64,000 nt of DNA. Origin: Candidatus Heimdallarchaeota archaeon. GTDB lineage: Archaea > Asgardarchaeota > Heimdallarchaeia > Heimdallarchaeales > Heimdallarchaeaceae. This document shows, piece by piece, positions 1 through 10,721 of the stretch. The stretch spans positions 32,001-96,000 of the forward strand of contig JAUVXV010000015.1 of the NCBI GenBank assembly GCA_030603365.1. Direction: 5' to 3'. How positions within the stretch are numbered: the stretch's first letter is position 1; the number at the start of each line of letters is the position of its first letter. Below the pieces are notes generated by a model that was not told the origin of the DNA, did not search any database, and saw only the letters and a program-made list of their open reading frames with translations. The translations under genes were made by a program, and so were the position numbers.

Positions 1-416
1 TGAATCTACAAGAGAATGCTTGGTATCATTTTGCGGTAGTTGTAGGTCCTTCAGGAAACACCGGATATCTTAATGGAACTGAGATAGTATCTCGACACTA
101 CAATTTTGGGGATGCAGATCAAACACACTTTCTATCATCCATTTCTGTTCAAGATCAACTTACTTTTGGATATGGAAAAACAGCAGATGGTAAGAGTCCT
201 AATTTTCTACATTTTCAAGGAAAAATAGATGAGGTTTGTATATATGATAGACCACTTTCAGGAGAAGAAATTACTGAGCTTATGGAATATGGTTTAACTT
301 ACAGCATTCCTGAAAATGAAACAACCATTTTTTTACCATTTATGTTCGTTTTGATTCCATTGGTTTATTTGGCTGAAAGAAAGAGAAAAGATAGAACTTA
401 CAAAGAAAAAAACTGA
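1..416 (+). CDS. 5'-partial LamG/concanavalin A-like domain surface protein with IPE-TM-basic C-terminal anchor
   Basis: Frame starting at nt 3 (not in the ORF track) reads ...WYHFAVVV...FQGKIDEVCIYDRPLSGEEI (LamG signature)...SIPENETTIFLPFMFVLIPLVYLAERKRK, with TGA at 414-416. Confidence 0.8.
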   Translation, partial: NLQENAWYHFAVVVGPSGNTGYLNGTEIVSRHYNFGDADQTHFLSSISVQDQLTFGYGKTADGKSPNFLHFQGKIDEVCIYDRPLSGEEITELMEYGLTYSIPENETTIFLPFMFVLIPLVYLAERKRKDRTYKEKN

Positions 417-463
417 AAATAAATCTTCTAAGCTAGAATTCTATGATTTTGATCAGACTATTT

Positions 464-1837
464 TTAGTAAGGAGATACGAAAATCCCACTCCCTTTTTCA
501 GTTAAGAACTGTCCCTCATCATAAACTATTCTTCCTCCAATAATTGTTTTTTCTATTCTACCTTGTAGTTTCCATCCATCAAAAATAGTAATTTTCTGTT
601 TTGTGAACATATTCTCGTTTTTGAGAGCATATTCGTTTTTCATGTCAACTATTATCAAATCTGCATCAGAACCTAAGGAAATTGTTCCTTTTCTAGGATA
701 AATTCCAAATCTTTTTGCAGGATTCGACGAAGTCACTTCTACATATTTGGCCAAAGATAGTTTCTTCCTATTTACTGCATTGAGTAATAAAGGAAGCATT
801 GTTTCTAAACCAGGAGTTCCAGATCCTACACTAAAAATCCCTTTCTCTTCATCCTTCACTTCTTTCTCTTCATGACTGTAAGGTGAATGATCTGATGCTA
901 CAATATCTATTGTTCCATCATTTAATGCAATCCATGCTGCTTCCCTATGGTCCTTAGATCTTATTGGAGGATCAATTTTTGCCCATGAACCTATTTCTGT
1001 TGCTTCTTTGGATGTTAAAAACAAGTGATGAGGAGTAATCTCACACGTTACATCCCAATCTTTTTGTTTTACTGTTTTGATGAAAGCAAATGCATTCTTC
1101 GAGCTCATATGTACAAGATTTAATTTCACGTTAGCATGGTTTGCTAGAACCATAGCTCTCATACAAGCCTCATCTTCTGCAATTGCAGGACGAGAATCAG
1201 TATGAGCTTGGAAGTCAAGCTTCCCATTAGATATTTGTCTATTGATTTCTTCTTGAATAATAGAATCGTTCTCTGCATGGATACTACTTACTAAACCTAC
1301 TTCAGCAATTTTTGAGAATATTTTCAGAAGATAAGAATCATTTTTAGCAGAAAGGTCTTTGAGTTCGTACATCTCTTCTGGTGCATCCAACATGAAAGTT
1401 TTGAAAGCTATTGCTCCTTTAGAAACTAACTCATCTATTGAATTTATGTTACTATATCCAGCAGATCCAATTAGTCCAAAATCTACCAGACTTTTTGCTT
1501 TCATTTCTTTCAGTTGTATATCAAATGATTCTATTGCTGACTTACCTCTGATTCCCATTGGCATTTCTAAGATAGTCGTAATCCCTCCAGAGGAAGCTGC
1601 TTGAGTTCCAGTATAGAAATCTTCTCTATGTGAAAATTCTAAATCTAAAATGTGTGAATGGACATCTATTCCCCCTGGTAGAATCAAACGATTTTCCGCG
1701 TCAATGGTCTTATCAGCTGTAGGAAGAGTATTTGTCTTACCAATTGCTACTATTTTCCCATGATCTAAACTTAGGCCAGTTTCAATCAGTTCTTTTTCTA
1801 CAAACACTTTTCCATTTGTAATATTCAAATCAACCAT
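464..1837 (-). CDS. cyclic amidohydrolase (allantoinase/dihydroorotase/hydantoinase family)
   Basis: PGGIDVHSH, AFKTFM (carbamylated Lys), IHAE, VHMS, CEITPHHL and ASDHSP metal-binding motifs. Confidence 0.85.
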   Translation of the reverse strand: MVDLNITNGKVFVEKELIETGLSLDHGKIVAIGKTNTLPTADKTIDAENRLILPGGIDVHSHILDLEFSHREDFYTGTQAASSGGITTILEMPMGIRGKSAIESFDIQLKEMKAKSLVDFGLIGSAGYSNINSIDELVSKGAIAFKTFMLDAPEEMYELKDLSAKNDSYLLKIFSKIAEVGLVSSIHAENDSIIQEEINRQISNGKLDFQAHTDSRPAIAEDEACMRAMVLANHANVKLNLVHMSSKNAFAFIKTVKQKDWDVTCEITPHHLFLTSKEATEIGSWAKIDPPIRSKDHREAAWIALNDGTIDIVASDHSPYSHEEKEVKDEEKGIFSVGSGTPGLETMLPLLLNAVNRKKLSLAKYVEVTSSNPAKRFGIYPRKGTISLGSDADLIIVDMKNEYALKNENMFTKQKITIFDGWKLQGRIEKTIIGGRIVYDEGQFLTEKGSGIFVSPY

Positions 1838-1924
1838 TTTACTTCTATCCAGTTGCTATTTACAGTACTTTTATTTTTAAGTAGTATAATATATCTTTAA
1901 ATCTTCGTGAGGATTGAATAAATT

Positions 1925-3310
1925 ATGCAAAACAAAGATGAAGCAATCATTTTTTCAGGTGCAACTCCAAATAAAGTAAAGGAAGATTTACAACCGCTTG
2001 TGAATTTTCAGGAAGAAGGAATTTCACTTGATAAACTCAAACACATATTGAAAGAAAGATTGCTTCCTCATTTAATGAAGTACAATCATCCTGGATTTCT
2101 ATCTATGTTCAATGATGTTCCAGAAGAAGGTGCTAAGCTGGGTGCAGAAGTAGCTCTAGAATTCAATCAGGGTGTAACAGATTGGTATGTTTCACCAGGT
2201 GGAGCTATGTTGGAAGAATTATGTATCCAAGCTCTTTGTTCATTATTTGGTTTAGGTTCAGAATCAGATGGTACCTTCATGTATTCAGGTACTTATGCAA
2301 ATCAAGAAGCGTTGTATCTTGCACTTCATTGGAAAGCTGAACAAGAAGGATTTGACTTTTCACAAGAGGGTTTGAAAGGATTTAAACATCCTGAAAGACT
2401 AGTAGTGTTGACCTCAGCTGATGCACATTTTTCACTCAAACATGCGGTTAGAATGTTGGGATTGGGAGATAAGAATCTTCTAACATTGAATGTAGATGAA
2501 AATAGAAGAATAGATATTCTTCAAATGCAAAAAGAAGTTGATAAATTACAGGAAAATCATGATATTTTTTGTGTAGTAGCAACTACAGGAACTACATCAA
2601 CAGGTTCAATTGATAATGTGCAGCAGATTTCAAGCTTATGTCAAAAGATAAGTGCTTGGTTACATGTAGATGGAGCTTATGGTTTGGCATATTCTTTGGT
2701 TCCTGAATATAGAGAAAGGTTCGCAGGGATAGAATCAGCAGATTCAGTGTCATGGGATCCTCACAAACAATTTGGAACTCCTATACCAAATTCCATTCTT
2801 TTTGTACGACATAAAGAGGATTTTAATAGAATGGCTTTACGAAGTGATTACATTTATCGTGAAGGAGAAGATGTCCCAAGCCCAGGATTGAAATCACCTC
2901 CATCAACAAGACCATTTTCAGCACTTCCATTGGTTACTTCTATTAGATATCAAGGAATAACAAAAATCCAAGAAAGACTTAGATCACCTATTCAAGCTAT
3001 AGAATCCATATATAATAAACTAAAAACTGATTCAGAAATTGAATTGTGTAATGAACCTGAAACAGGGATAATTTGTTTTCGAATTATTAATACTCAAGTT
3101 CCATCCATTCAGATGAATCAATTTCACAAACTAATTTATGATGAAGTTATATCTACTGGAAAGCATTCTATTTCTTTTACCAAATTAGGAGATACAGCTG
3201 TTCTCAGATTGGTTGCAATTACACCAACTACAGCAGAAATTTTAATGAAAACTATTACCTATGTCAAGGAGAAAGCTATATCTATAATCAATAGAGGAGA
3301 ATTACAATAA
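1925..3310 (+). CDS. group II PLP-dependent decarboxylase (L-2,4-diaminobutyrate decarboxylase-like)
   Basis: AHFS, TTGTTSTGSID, WLHVDGAYG and SWDPHK (PLP lysine) motifs. Confidence 0.85.
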   Translation: MQNKDEAIIFSGATPNKVKEDLQPLVNFQEEGISLDKLKHILKERLLPHLMKYNHPGFLSMFNDVPEEGAKLGAEVALEFNQGVTDWYVSPGGAMLEELCIQALCSLFGLGSESDGTFMYSGTYANQEALYLALHWKAEQEGFDFSQEGLKGFKHPERLVVLTSADAHFSLKHAVRMLGLGDKNLLTLNVDENRRIDILQMQKEVDKLQENHDIFCVVATTGTTSTGSIDNVQQISSLCQKISAWLHVDGAYGLAYSLVPEYRERFAGIESADSVSWDPHKQFGTPIPNSILFVRHKEDFNRMALRSDYIYREGEDVPSPGLKSPPSTRPFSALPLVTSIRYQGITKIQERLRSPIQAIESIYNKLKTDSEIELCNEPETGIICFRIINTQVPSIQMNQFHKLIYDEVISTGKHSISFTKLGDTAVLRLVAITPTTAEILMKTITYVKEKAISIINRGELQ

Positions 3311-3981
3311 TGAAGATACTAATCATCAATCCAAACAGTGACTTGGAAATGACTCAAGCAATTCAAGAAACAGCTGATGCCTTTGTAGATAGTAAAGTAC
3401 AAGTTATTTGCAAGCATACACCTGATGCACCAAAGTTCATTGAAACATATGAAGATCAGGTTAAAGCAGCACCTGGAATGATAAAATTAACCAGAGAAAA
3501 TGAGCAAGAGTTTGATGGATTTATAATTGCATGTCATTGTGATCCCAATCTAGATACATTGAAAGAGATAACGAAAAAACCTGTTGTGGGGATAGGAGAA
3601 GCATCCATGAAATTAGCTTCAATGTTAGGACATAGTTTTTCTGTTATTTCTATGACTGAGCAATCTATACCCAATAAAGAGGCTTTAATCAGGAAATATC
3701 ATCTTCAAGATGCTTTGGCTTCTGTGAGATCTCCAGATGAGAAACATAAAAACCTGCGTGATGAAGAGAAGTATTTTGAAACAGCTAAGCTTGCTATTGA
3801 GCAAGATAAAGCTGAAGTGATCGTTTTAGGTTGTGCAGGAATGACAGGATTAGATAAAAATCTGGAAAAGAAGCTTGGAGTTCCAGTTCTAGATGGAGTT
3901 ATATGTGCGCTAATTATCCTAACGGGTTTAGTTACATATGGAATCTCAACAAGTAAAATAAGAAGATATAACTCTTCATAG
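3310..3981 (+). CDS. Asp/Glu/hydantoin racemase family protein (hydantoin/allantoin racemase-like)
   Basis: MKILIINPNS start, ACHCDP and VLGCAGM catalytic cysteines, PVLDGV; TAATG overlap with the upstream gene. Confidence 0.9.
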   Translation: MKILIINPNSDLEMTQAIQETADAFVDSKVQVICKHTPDAPKFIETYEDQVKAAPGMIKLTRENEQEFDGFIIACHCDPNLDTLKEITKKPVVGIGEASMKLASMLGHSFSVISMTEQSIPNKEALIRKYHLQDALASVRSPDEKHKNLRDEEKYFETAKLAIEQDKAEVIVLGCAGMTGLDKNLEKKLGVPVLDGVICALIILTGLVTYGISTSKIRRYNSS

Positions 3982-3987
3982 CATCTT

Positions 3988-5364
3988 TTAAGCTATTTCA
4001 GATTCTACCTTTTCAATTGATTCAATGCAAATATCAACACCAGTTTCAGCTAGTTTTTTAGTTATAATCAGAGGTGGAAGGAATCGCAAAACATTGTTGT
4101 AATGTCCCCCTATCTCTATTATCACGCCTTTTTGAAACATTTCATCTCTTATCCTAGTACAAAGTTCAGAAGATGGTTTCTTAGTTTCTTTATCTTCAAC
4201 AATTTCTATTCCAATCATCAAACCTTTTCCTCTGACCTCACCAACTATTCCAGAATTCTTCTCACTTTTTTCTAGTTTGTTTAGTAGGTAATTTCCAAGT
4301 TCTTCAGCATACTTAGCAAGATTGTTTTCCAACATGAAATCAATCGAAGCAGATCCTGCAGCCATAGCAGTGACATTACCTCTAAAAGTACCAATATGAG
4401 CAGCCTTCGACCAAACATCTAAGTCTTGTCTATAAGCTATTGCTGAAAGAGGGAATCCTCCACCCAGAGCTTTGGATATTGTCATTATATCGGGAGAAGC
4501 TCCTGAATGTTCAGAAGAAAAGAATTTTCCAGTTCTGCAGAAACCAGCTTGAATTTCATCAAAAACTATCGGAATTTCATACTTGTTACTGATATCAGCA
4601 ATTCTCTTAACAAAAATATTGTGAGGAACAATTGAACCTCCTTCACCTTGAATAGGTTCTATAATTGTCATAGCTGGATCTACTATACCAGAATGAGGAT
4701 CTTCTAGAACATGTTCATAATAACTAGCACTTGCCTCGGCACATTCTACAGCTGTTTTGGTTTTGAATGGACATCGATATGAATAAGCGTAAGGAACAAA
4801 ATGGACTTCTGGAATTAAAGGCAAGTAATTTTTCTTCCAAAATTTACCTGAAGTTAAAGCAAGAGCACCTGAAGTCATCCCATGGTATGCTCCTTCAAAA
4901 GCGATGATTCCATGTCTTTTAGTTATTATTTTAGAAAGCTTAATTGCACTTTCTATTGCATCAGAACCCGTTGGTCCTCCAAAAACAATTTTGGAATTAC
5001 TACGTAGATTACCTGGTAGAATATTCAAAATTTTTTCGACAAGTTCCATCCGAATTTCTGAAGGAAAATCAAGTGTATGAGTTATGTTCTGCTGAACCTC
5101 TCGAACCTTTTCATCAATATAAGGATTGCAATGCCCTAAAGCTAGAACTCCAGCTCCTCCAAAAAAATCAATGAAAACATTGTTATCAGCATCTTGTATT
5201 GTTGCTCCAAATCCTCTTTTGAAGGCTATAGGAGAACCTTTTGGATAAGAAACAGGTCTACCCTCAAGCTTAACTTGTAAATCCAGAAAATCTTTTGATT
5301 TTGGTCCAGGAACTGTTCCCCTTATTAATGGAGCTTCCTCATAGCTTAATTCATCAAATCTCAT
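3988..5364 (-). CDS. class III PLP aminotransferase, diaminobutyrate--2-oxoglutarate transaminase-like
   Basis: DFFGGAGVLALGH, GPTGSDAIESAIK, AYHGMT, EPIQGEGG, DEIQAG, SKALGGG and HIGTFRGN motifs typical of the Dat/EctB subfamily. Confidence 0.8.
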   Translation of the reverse strand: MRFDELSYEEAPLIRGTVPGPKSKDFLDLQVKLEGRPVSYPKGSPIAFKRGFGATIQDADNNVFIDFFGGAGVLALGHCNPYIDEKVREVQQNITHTLDFPSEIRMELVEKILNILPGNLRSNSKIVFGGPTGSDAIESAIKLSKIITKRHGIIAFEGAYHGMTSGALALTSGKFWKKNYLPLIPEVHFVPYAYSYRCPFKTKTAVECAEASASYYEHVLEDPHSGIVDPAMTIIEPIQGEGGSIVPHNIFVKRIADISNKYEIPIVFDEIQAGFCRTGKFFSSEHSGASPDIMTISKALGGGFPLSAIAYRQDLDVWSKAAHIGTFRGNVTAMAAGSASIDFMLENNLAKYAEELGNYLLNKLEKSEKNSGIVGEVRGKGLMIGIEIVEDKETKKPSSELCTRIRDEMFQKGVIIEIGGHYNNVLRFLPPLIITKKLAETGVDICIESIEKVESEIA

Positions 5365-5470
5365 TCTGAATAGACATTTCCTTAGGATATTAAAATATTA
5401 GGTAATAAATTTCTACTGTTTAGTTGAATAAATAGATAGAAGCAGATAAAAAAATGATTGACTGTTAAGC

Positions 5471-6151
5471 TTAACTATTACATAATTCTTGCAAAGAATC
5501 AGGGAAATCATCTATTCCATTAAACTCTTTTACAACTACTGATTTTACCCTATTTCTAAGTTCAGAACCTAGATGAGTGAAAATCATCTCCTTCACTCCT
5601 CCAATACTTTCACAATTATCTTCAATAAGAATATCTGGATTAATTCTCTCAATAATATTCTTGTATTCTTCCCCACCTTTGCGATAGAGCACTGGTCCGT
5701 CAGGAAAATTGAACTTTTTCAAAATAGTCTCATCTTTTTGAATATTTGAGTATTTTCTGTGAAAACTTAAATAAATTATTTTCGCACCTTGTTTTGACCA
5801 TCTAAGAACTTTCTCAATAGAATTACCTATAGGAATATAAGATGAAAAATCATTAACAGTTTCTTCTCTATTTCTAACTTGATTAACTCTCTCCTCTCTT
5901 GTCCTTATTACAATAGTCACTAAAAACCCAAAAACATTCAGGATTTGCTTTTGAATTTTGTCTATTATTTCTGTTTTATCTGTCAAGGCTGTTTGAAAGA
6001 TTACATTACCACTTTGAATGTAAGTCTGCACTTGCTCAAATTCCAATGATTCATAGAGCTTCCTAAGTTCTTCCATTTTGATTTTCTTCTGTCCACTAAC
6101 ATTAACTCCACGAAGCATTGTAATAAAAACAGTCTTAAGAAAAATACACAA
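5471..6151 (-). CDS. chimeric ORF: DUF1697 N-terminal half fused to an N-truncated HAD-like protein
   Basis: aa 1-84 carry LRGVNVSG...VQTYIQSGNVIF (DUF1697); aa 85-226 align with 35077..35583 (SSYIPIGN, YLSFHR, PDILIEDNCESIGG, VVKEF.GID). Confidence 0.75.
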   Translation of the reverse strand: MCIFLKTVFITMLRGVNVSGQKKIKMEELRKLYESLEFEQVQTYIQSGNVIFQTALTDKTEIIDKIQKQILNVFGFLVTIVIRTREERVNQVRNREETVNDFSSYIPIGNSIEKVLRWSKQGAKIIYLSFHRKYSNIQKDETILKKFNFPDGPVLYRKGGEEYKNIIERINPDILIEDNCESIGGVKEMIFTHLGSELRNRVKSVVVKEFNGIDDFPDSLQELCNS

Positions 6152-6203
6152 AGATGAGAGTTAAACATTACTATCTATCGAAAAAAAAGAAAAAAGAAAG
6201 AAA

Positions 6204-9200
6204 TTATTTAGTTACTTGAAATTTTCTTCTTTTAAGAACGAAAACAAGAGTCATACATATGATTGATGGTAGAAACAGTAGATTGAGCAATGGACTTAAT
6301 TCTGGAACAATTGGGTTAACTGTCACAATCACAGTATCTGAAGCAGTATTCCCTTCTTCATCCATTACTACAATCGTATAATTATAGACCCCTACTTCCA
6401 AAGCATCTATATTGATACTGATTGGAATTCCTGAATACCAAGAGTCGGTTGAGATCAACTCACCTTCTAAATAGATTTCATAATGTGCAGGATCTTCATC
6501 GTAAGCAGACCAAGTAAGATAATGTCCAGTAGTTCCAAATTCATATTCATAATCTGGTTCCAATAGTAAATCTGGAGCATGTACTAACTCGAAGATATTA
6601 GTTTCAACGAATCCAAATCCAGGTCCATAGCTTGTAGTAGGGATAAACTCATAGATGAAAAATCCTGATTCTTTGTGGATATAAAGTATAGTTCCATCTA
6701 TCAAGATTATCTTCCAAACATCATTACCTCTCCAAAGTAAACTATCATTGATAAAAACTATATCACTCCAACTCGATGAAATAAATGGGTCACCAATAGT
6801 AGTTTCAGGAGTAATTCTATTGAACAGTGCAAAATGACTGGAAATAAATCCAGGAATATCTGAATCTGTTACATAACCATTTAGGATGTTTACTCTAGTA
6901 TAATATTGCATTTGGTTAAGTGTTGTACCATTATCGTCATAAGTCCTCATAGTGCTTGTAATATTCAGCTCAAATTCAGAGTGCCAAACAAAAGTAAAAT
7001 TCTGTTCTATAAACATACCAACATCTGGAAATTCTACAGTCATCATGAAGTAATCTCCGTCATCCAAGTCATACAAAGGTGTAATATCAGCAGATTCAAT
7101 TGATAGCTCTACAAATGCATTGGTTGTATCATCCCATAGAAATTCAAGTCTTATTATGTTTGTTCCATTTTCAAAAACTGGGACACAGATATAATCATTA
7201 TAAAGAGAGGTTACATTCGTAATCCAGACATCATTAACAAACATATCAACTAACACTACATCCGTCACATCTGTTGTGTTAAATTCTATATAGACCACTC
7301 CTCCTTCAACCGTTTGTCCCTCCGTCGGGGTTATAATCTCAACTTCCCGTATAGGTAATGGATCTAAATAAAAGTGCATGTAAATACTCTCATGTACATC
7401 TACAAATATAACTTGAGACTCTGAAAAATGCTCATCAGCGATTACTTCAATTCTGTAAGTACCTACTGGTACAGCAACTACTTTGTAGAACCCATCTACA
7501 TCTGTCAATCTAGTTAAAAGAAGATTATCAGCTTCATCGTAAATATTCACTTGAGCATTGGCTAAAGGATCTAAACTGATACTGTCATAAGCATTAACTT
7601 CGATGAAACTAGTATAAGGAGAGGGAGAGAATAGAATAGCAAAATCGCTTGCACCATTTAAGCTCGGTGTATAGAGAGAATAGTAACTTAAGTCCCGACC
7701 ATAATTTAGTCCCACTGTTGAACCAGGATCATATTCAATATAATGATACTGAAAGACTATATCTCCATTAGCATGTAGAACAACTTCAAATGTTCCTATT
7801 GGGTAGTACCCTGGAGAAGTGGTGATGTAATACCAATAAGTAACTGCGAAATAACTAGGAGTTGAACGATAATATACATTATTAGATGCATAAAGATCAT
7901 CCCAGAATGGTGCGATAATATAATTATAATGATCGGTAGGTATACCCCAACGATTCCAAGTAAGTGAATCTAGTTCAAGGAATGACAACACACCATTTGA
8001 ATCTATATAGATAGTTGAAAAGAAATGATCATAGAAGAAGAATTCAAATTGCAGATTAATTGATTTGTATATGTCGTCTCCCGCTAATCCAAGTGATTGA
8101 CCACTATGGTATGTATCATACCAGAGAAATGGAGTCGAGTACATAAAATATTGCACAGGAGGATAAGTACTAAAATCGATAGAATAATAATTGTCAATGG
8201 AATATGATTCACCCGTAACTATCGTAGTATTAACTTCTACTACATAAACACCATGAACTGAAGTTTGACATTCTGCTTTCCAAATGAAGTATTCTCCACC
8301 ATCTAAGTTGAGATTCCTTGAAGTAACAAAGACTCCATCTATATATACTTCAGTAACAGATGATTCTGCAAAATGGCCAGTATTATGTATCAAAATAGGG
8401 ATTACAAAATTCGTGTTATTTCTCTCAAAAAAATCGACAGCTTGTTTGAGATTATGAACTTCATATGAGGGGGATAATACGCTAATGTAAGTTCCTTCCC
8501 AATAAAAATTATAACTATCATCTAAATTAGCTATACGAACACCTGTTTCTTTTACAAAGTAGTATTTTGCATACATCGGCCATTCTTCATCAGGATCATC
8601 TAATATCCACACATCAACAATCTCTCCATAATAGTTATACGTTGTTTCTCCAATGACTTCACCATCATTAGCTCCCATATAGAAAACATCGACTACTGCT
8701 CCCAAATAGAGATCATCTGGATTTAGCCAATAGGGAAATAAATCCCATGATGATGAAAACTCACGAGTGTATGGATTTAGGATATAAGTACCATAAACAT
8801 ATTCAGTGAGCGTATCAGCTAAGAAATATATATAATTAAGAACATATTCTCGTGGACTCAAAATGTCCACAACTTCCCATTTTATACTAAACGGGTAAAA
8901 GTCATTAGGATATCCGTAAGCTAAAATATCACCAATTTGAAGATTAATGACTTTTGCTATAGCTTCCACTGCTTTTTGAGCACTATTGTCAGCTTTTATT
9001 ATTTCACCGGGAACTGGTTCAATATACCCAGTAATATTATATGTTCCTATGGTACCTGGAGTGAAACCTATGCCAATAAAATGTTTTTCACGAGGAGCTA
9101 AACTTGGTATAATAGAAGTACCAAAATTTACATCATCAATTATAAGGCTAACATTGATATCCGTTTCTTCAAACAAACCCACATTAGATATCTGGATTTC

Positions 9201-10721
9201 AATCATAGTCTGCAAATCATATGGAATTATATTTGGACAAAGAAGTTTAGCTTGTAGATTATGGTCTTGTAATCCGAAAATTGCTGCAAATGCATCTATT
9301 CTTCCCCATCCAAAGTAAATATCATAACCAGGATCCCCCAAATCTACAGATGTTGTTTCCATTATATTATAAATCTGATCTGGAGTGTAAGTGGGAAATT
9401 CACTTAAGAGTAAAGCTGCTAATCCAGCAACATGAGAACAAGCTGCAGATGTTCCACTATCGTACATATAATCCCCCCAATAGCTCCCCCATATATGAGT
9501 AGAATAAATATCATCACCAGGTGCGGATATATCTAGCCAATCGCCATAATTTGAGTAGTAGGGTCTATTATCTGATGAACCAGTTGCTCCTACTGCAAAA
9601 ACTCCTGATAATGCAGCAGGATAGTAAGGGTCGTTTGTTCCATAGTTCCCTGATGCCGATATTACCATTATTCCAGCAGTAATCGCGTTTTGTACACTAT
9701 CATTGACTAATTGAGAATATCCATATCCCCCCAAACTGATACTAATGATGTGAGCTCCTTGTGCAACTGCATGATCAATACCAGATGCAAGGTTTTCAGC
9801 AGTTCCATAACCATTATTATCTAACGTTTTTTCAGCAATTATGGAAACATCAGCGATACCAGCGATTCCTATACCATTATTTATAGTTGCAGCTATTATC
9901 CCTGCACAATGTGTTCCATGATAATTATCATCAAAAGGATCATTATCATTATTTATAAAATCATAACCAAGAGGAAGATATTGACCTGCTAAATCAGGAT
10001 GTGTATAGTCGATACCTGTGTCTAAAATAGCAACAATTACACTAGAAGAACCCATTTGAATATCCCATACATCTTCCATTCCTATGATTTGTGGTCCCCA
10101 TTGATGAATCCAGCTTGGATCATCAGGTATCAGTGCCTTTTCATAATAATAATTTGGTTCAATGTATTTTACACCTGGAATATTTAGAGCTTCAGTAAAG
10201 AAATTTTGTTGATAATTATAAATAAGATTCTTGGGGACTTGTATAAGAAGAAAACTACTGTATTGGTTAATTTGAGTAATTTCTACATCATATCTAACTA
10301 AATGTTCTACAGTTGATAAAAGATTGAATTGGTCATCATATTTCAGAACAAATTCAATTTTGTTATCTTCTCTAACTTTGAATAAAGAATCAGGATGATA
10401 TCGCTGAAGAAATGGAGTGTCCAAAATACTCTTTAAAACTGTAACTTCTGAATCTAAGTCACTTGGAGTAATGAAAGAATCTATATCTCTACTTGAAAGT
10501 TCAGAAATGTCTTTTAAGTACGCGTTATTCTCACTATCTTGATCTTCTTCTATTTTCTCTTCTGGTTCAGAATTGTTAATAGTTGTATATTCAGTTAGTT
10601 TGTTTATGTCATTTTCTGCATTGATTGAACCATTTATAAGAGTTGTATTTCCTATTGTTCCGATTAATAAAACACACAATAATAAAATGAATTCTGTTTT
10701 TAGTTTGTTTTTTTCTGACAT
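6204..10721 (-). CDS. secreted, membrane-anchored S8 subtilisin-like serine protease with CARDB/Ig-like domains
   Basis: Signal peptide; ILDTG, HGTHCAG and GTSAA catalytic triad; C-terminal Ig module plus IVPEL-TM-KRRK. Confidence 0.9.
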   Translation of the reverse strand: MSEKNKLKTEFILLLCVLLIGTIGNTTLINGSINAENDINKLTEYTTINNSEPEEKIEEDQDSENNAYLKDISELSSRDIDSFITPSDLDSEVTVLKSILDTPFLQRYHPDSLFKVREDNKIEFVLKYDDQFNLLSTVEHLVRYDVEITQINQYSSFLLIQVPKNLIYNYQQNFFTEALNIPGVKYIEPNYYYEKALIPDDPSWIHQWGPQIIGMEDVWDIQMGSSSVIVAILDTGIDYTHPDLAGQYLPLGYDFINNDNDPFDDNYHGTHCAGIIAATINNGIGIAGIADVSIIAEKTLDNNGYGTAENLASGIDHAVAQGAHIISISLGGYGYSQLVNDSVQNAITAGIMVISASGNYGTNDPYYPAALSGVFAVGATGSSDNRPYYSNYGDWLDISAPGDDIYSTHIWGSYWGDYMYDSGTSAACSHVAGLAALLLSEFPTYTPDQIYNIMETTSVDLGDPGYDIYFGWGRIDAFAAIFGLQDHNLQAKLLCPNIIPYDLQTMIEIQISNVGLFEETDINVSLIIDDVNFGTSIIPSLAPREKHFIGIGFTPGTIGTYNITGYIEPVPGEIIKADNSAQKAVEAIAKVINLQIGDILAYGYPNDFYPFSIKWEVVDILSPREYVLNYIYFLADTLTEYVYGTYILNPYTREFSSSWDLFPYWLNPDDLYLGAVVDVFYMGANDGEVIGETTYNYYGEIVDVWILDDPDEEWPMYAKYYFVKETGVRIANLDDSYNFYWEGTYISVLSPSYEVHNLKQAVDFFERNNTNFVIPILIHNTGHFAESSVTEVYIDGVFVTSRNLNLDGGEYFIWKAECQTSVHGVYVVEVNTTIVTGESYSIDNYYSIDFSTYPPVQYFMYSTPFLWYDTYHSGQSLGLAGDDIYKSINLQFEFFFYDHFFSTIYIDSNGVLSFLELDSLTWNRWGIPTDHYNYIIAPFWDDLYASNNVYYRSTPSYFAVTYWYYITTSPGYYPIGTFEVVLHANGDIVFQYHYIEYDPGSTVGLNYGRDLSYYSLYTPSLNGASDFAILFSPSPYTSFIEVNAYDSISLDPLANAQVNIYDEADNLLLTRLTDVDGFYKVVAVPVGTYRIEVIADEHFSESQVIFVDVHESIYMHFYLDPLPIREVEIITPTEGQTVEGGVVYIEFNTTDVTDVVLVDMFVNDVWITNVTSLYNDYICVPVFENGTNIIRLEFLWDDTTNAFVELSIESADITPLYDLDDGDYFMMTVEFPDVGMFIEQNFTFVWHSEFELNITSTMRTYDDNGTTLNQMQYYTRVNILNGYVTDSDIPGFISSHFALFNRITPETTIGDPFISSSWSDIVFINDSLLWRGNDVWKIILIDGTILYIHKESGFFIYEFIPTTSYGPGFGFVETNIFELVHAPDLLLEPDYEYEFGTTGHYLTWSAYDEDPAHYEIYLEGELISTDSWYSGIPISINIDALEVGVYNYTIVVMDEEGNTASDTVIVTVNPIVPELSPLLNLLFLPSIICMTLVFVLKRRKFQVTK

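Noticed and set aside
9420-9460. S8 protease inactivation (GTSAACSH instead of GTSMAxPH)
   Set aside because: The catalytic Asp, His and Ser and the oxyanion Asn (SGN) are all retained.
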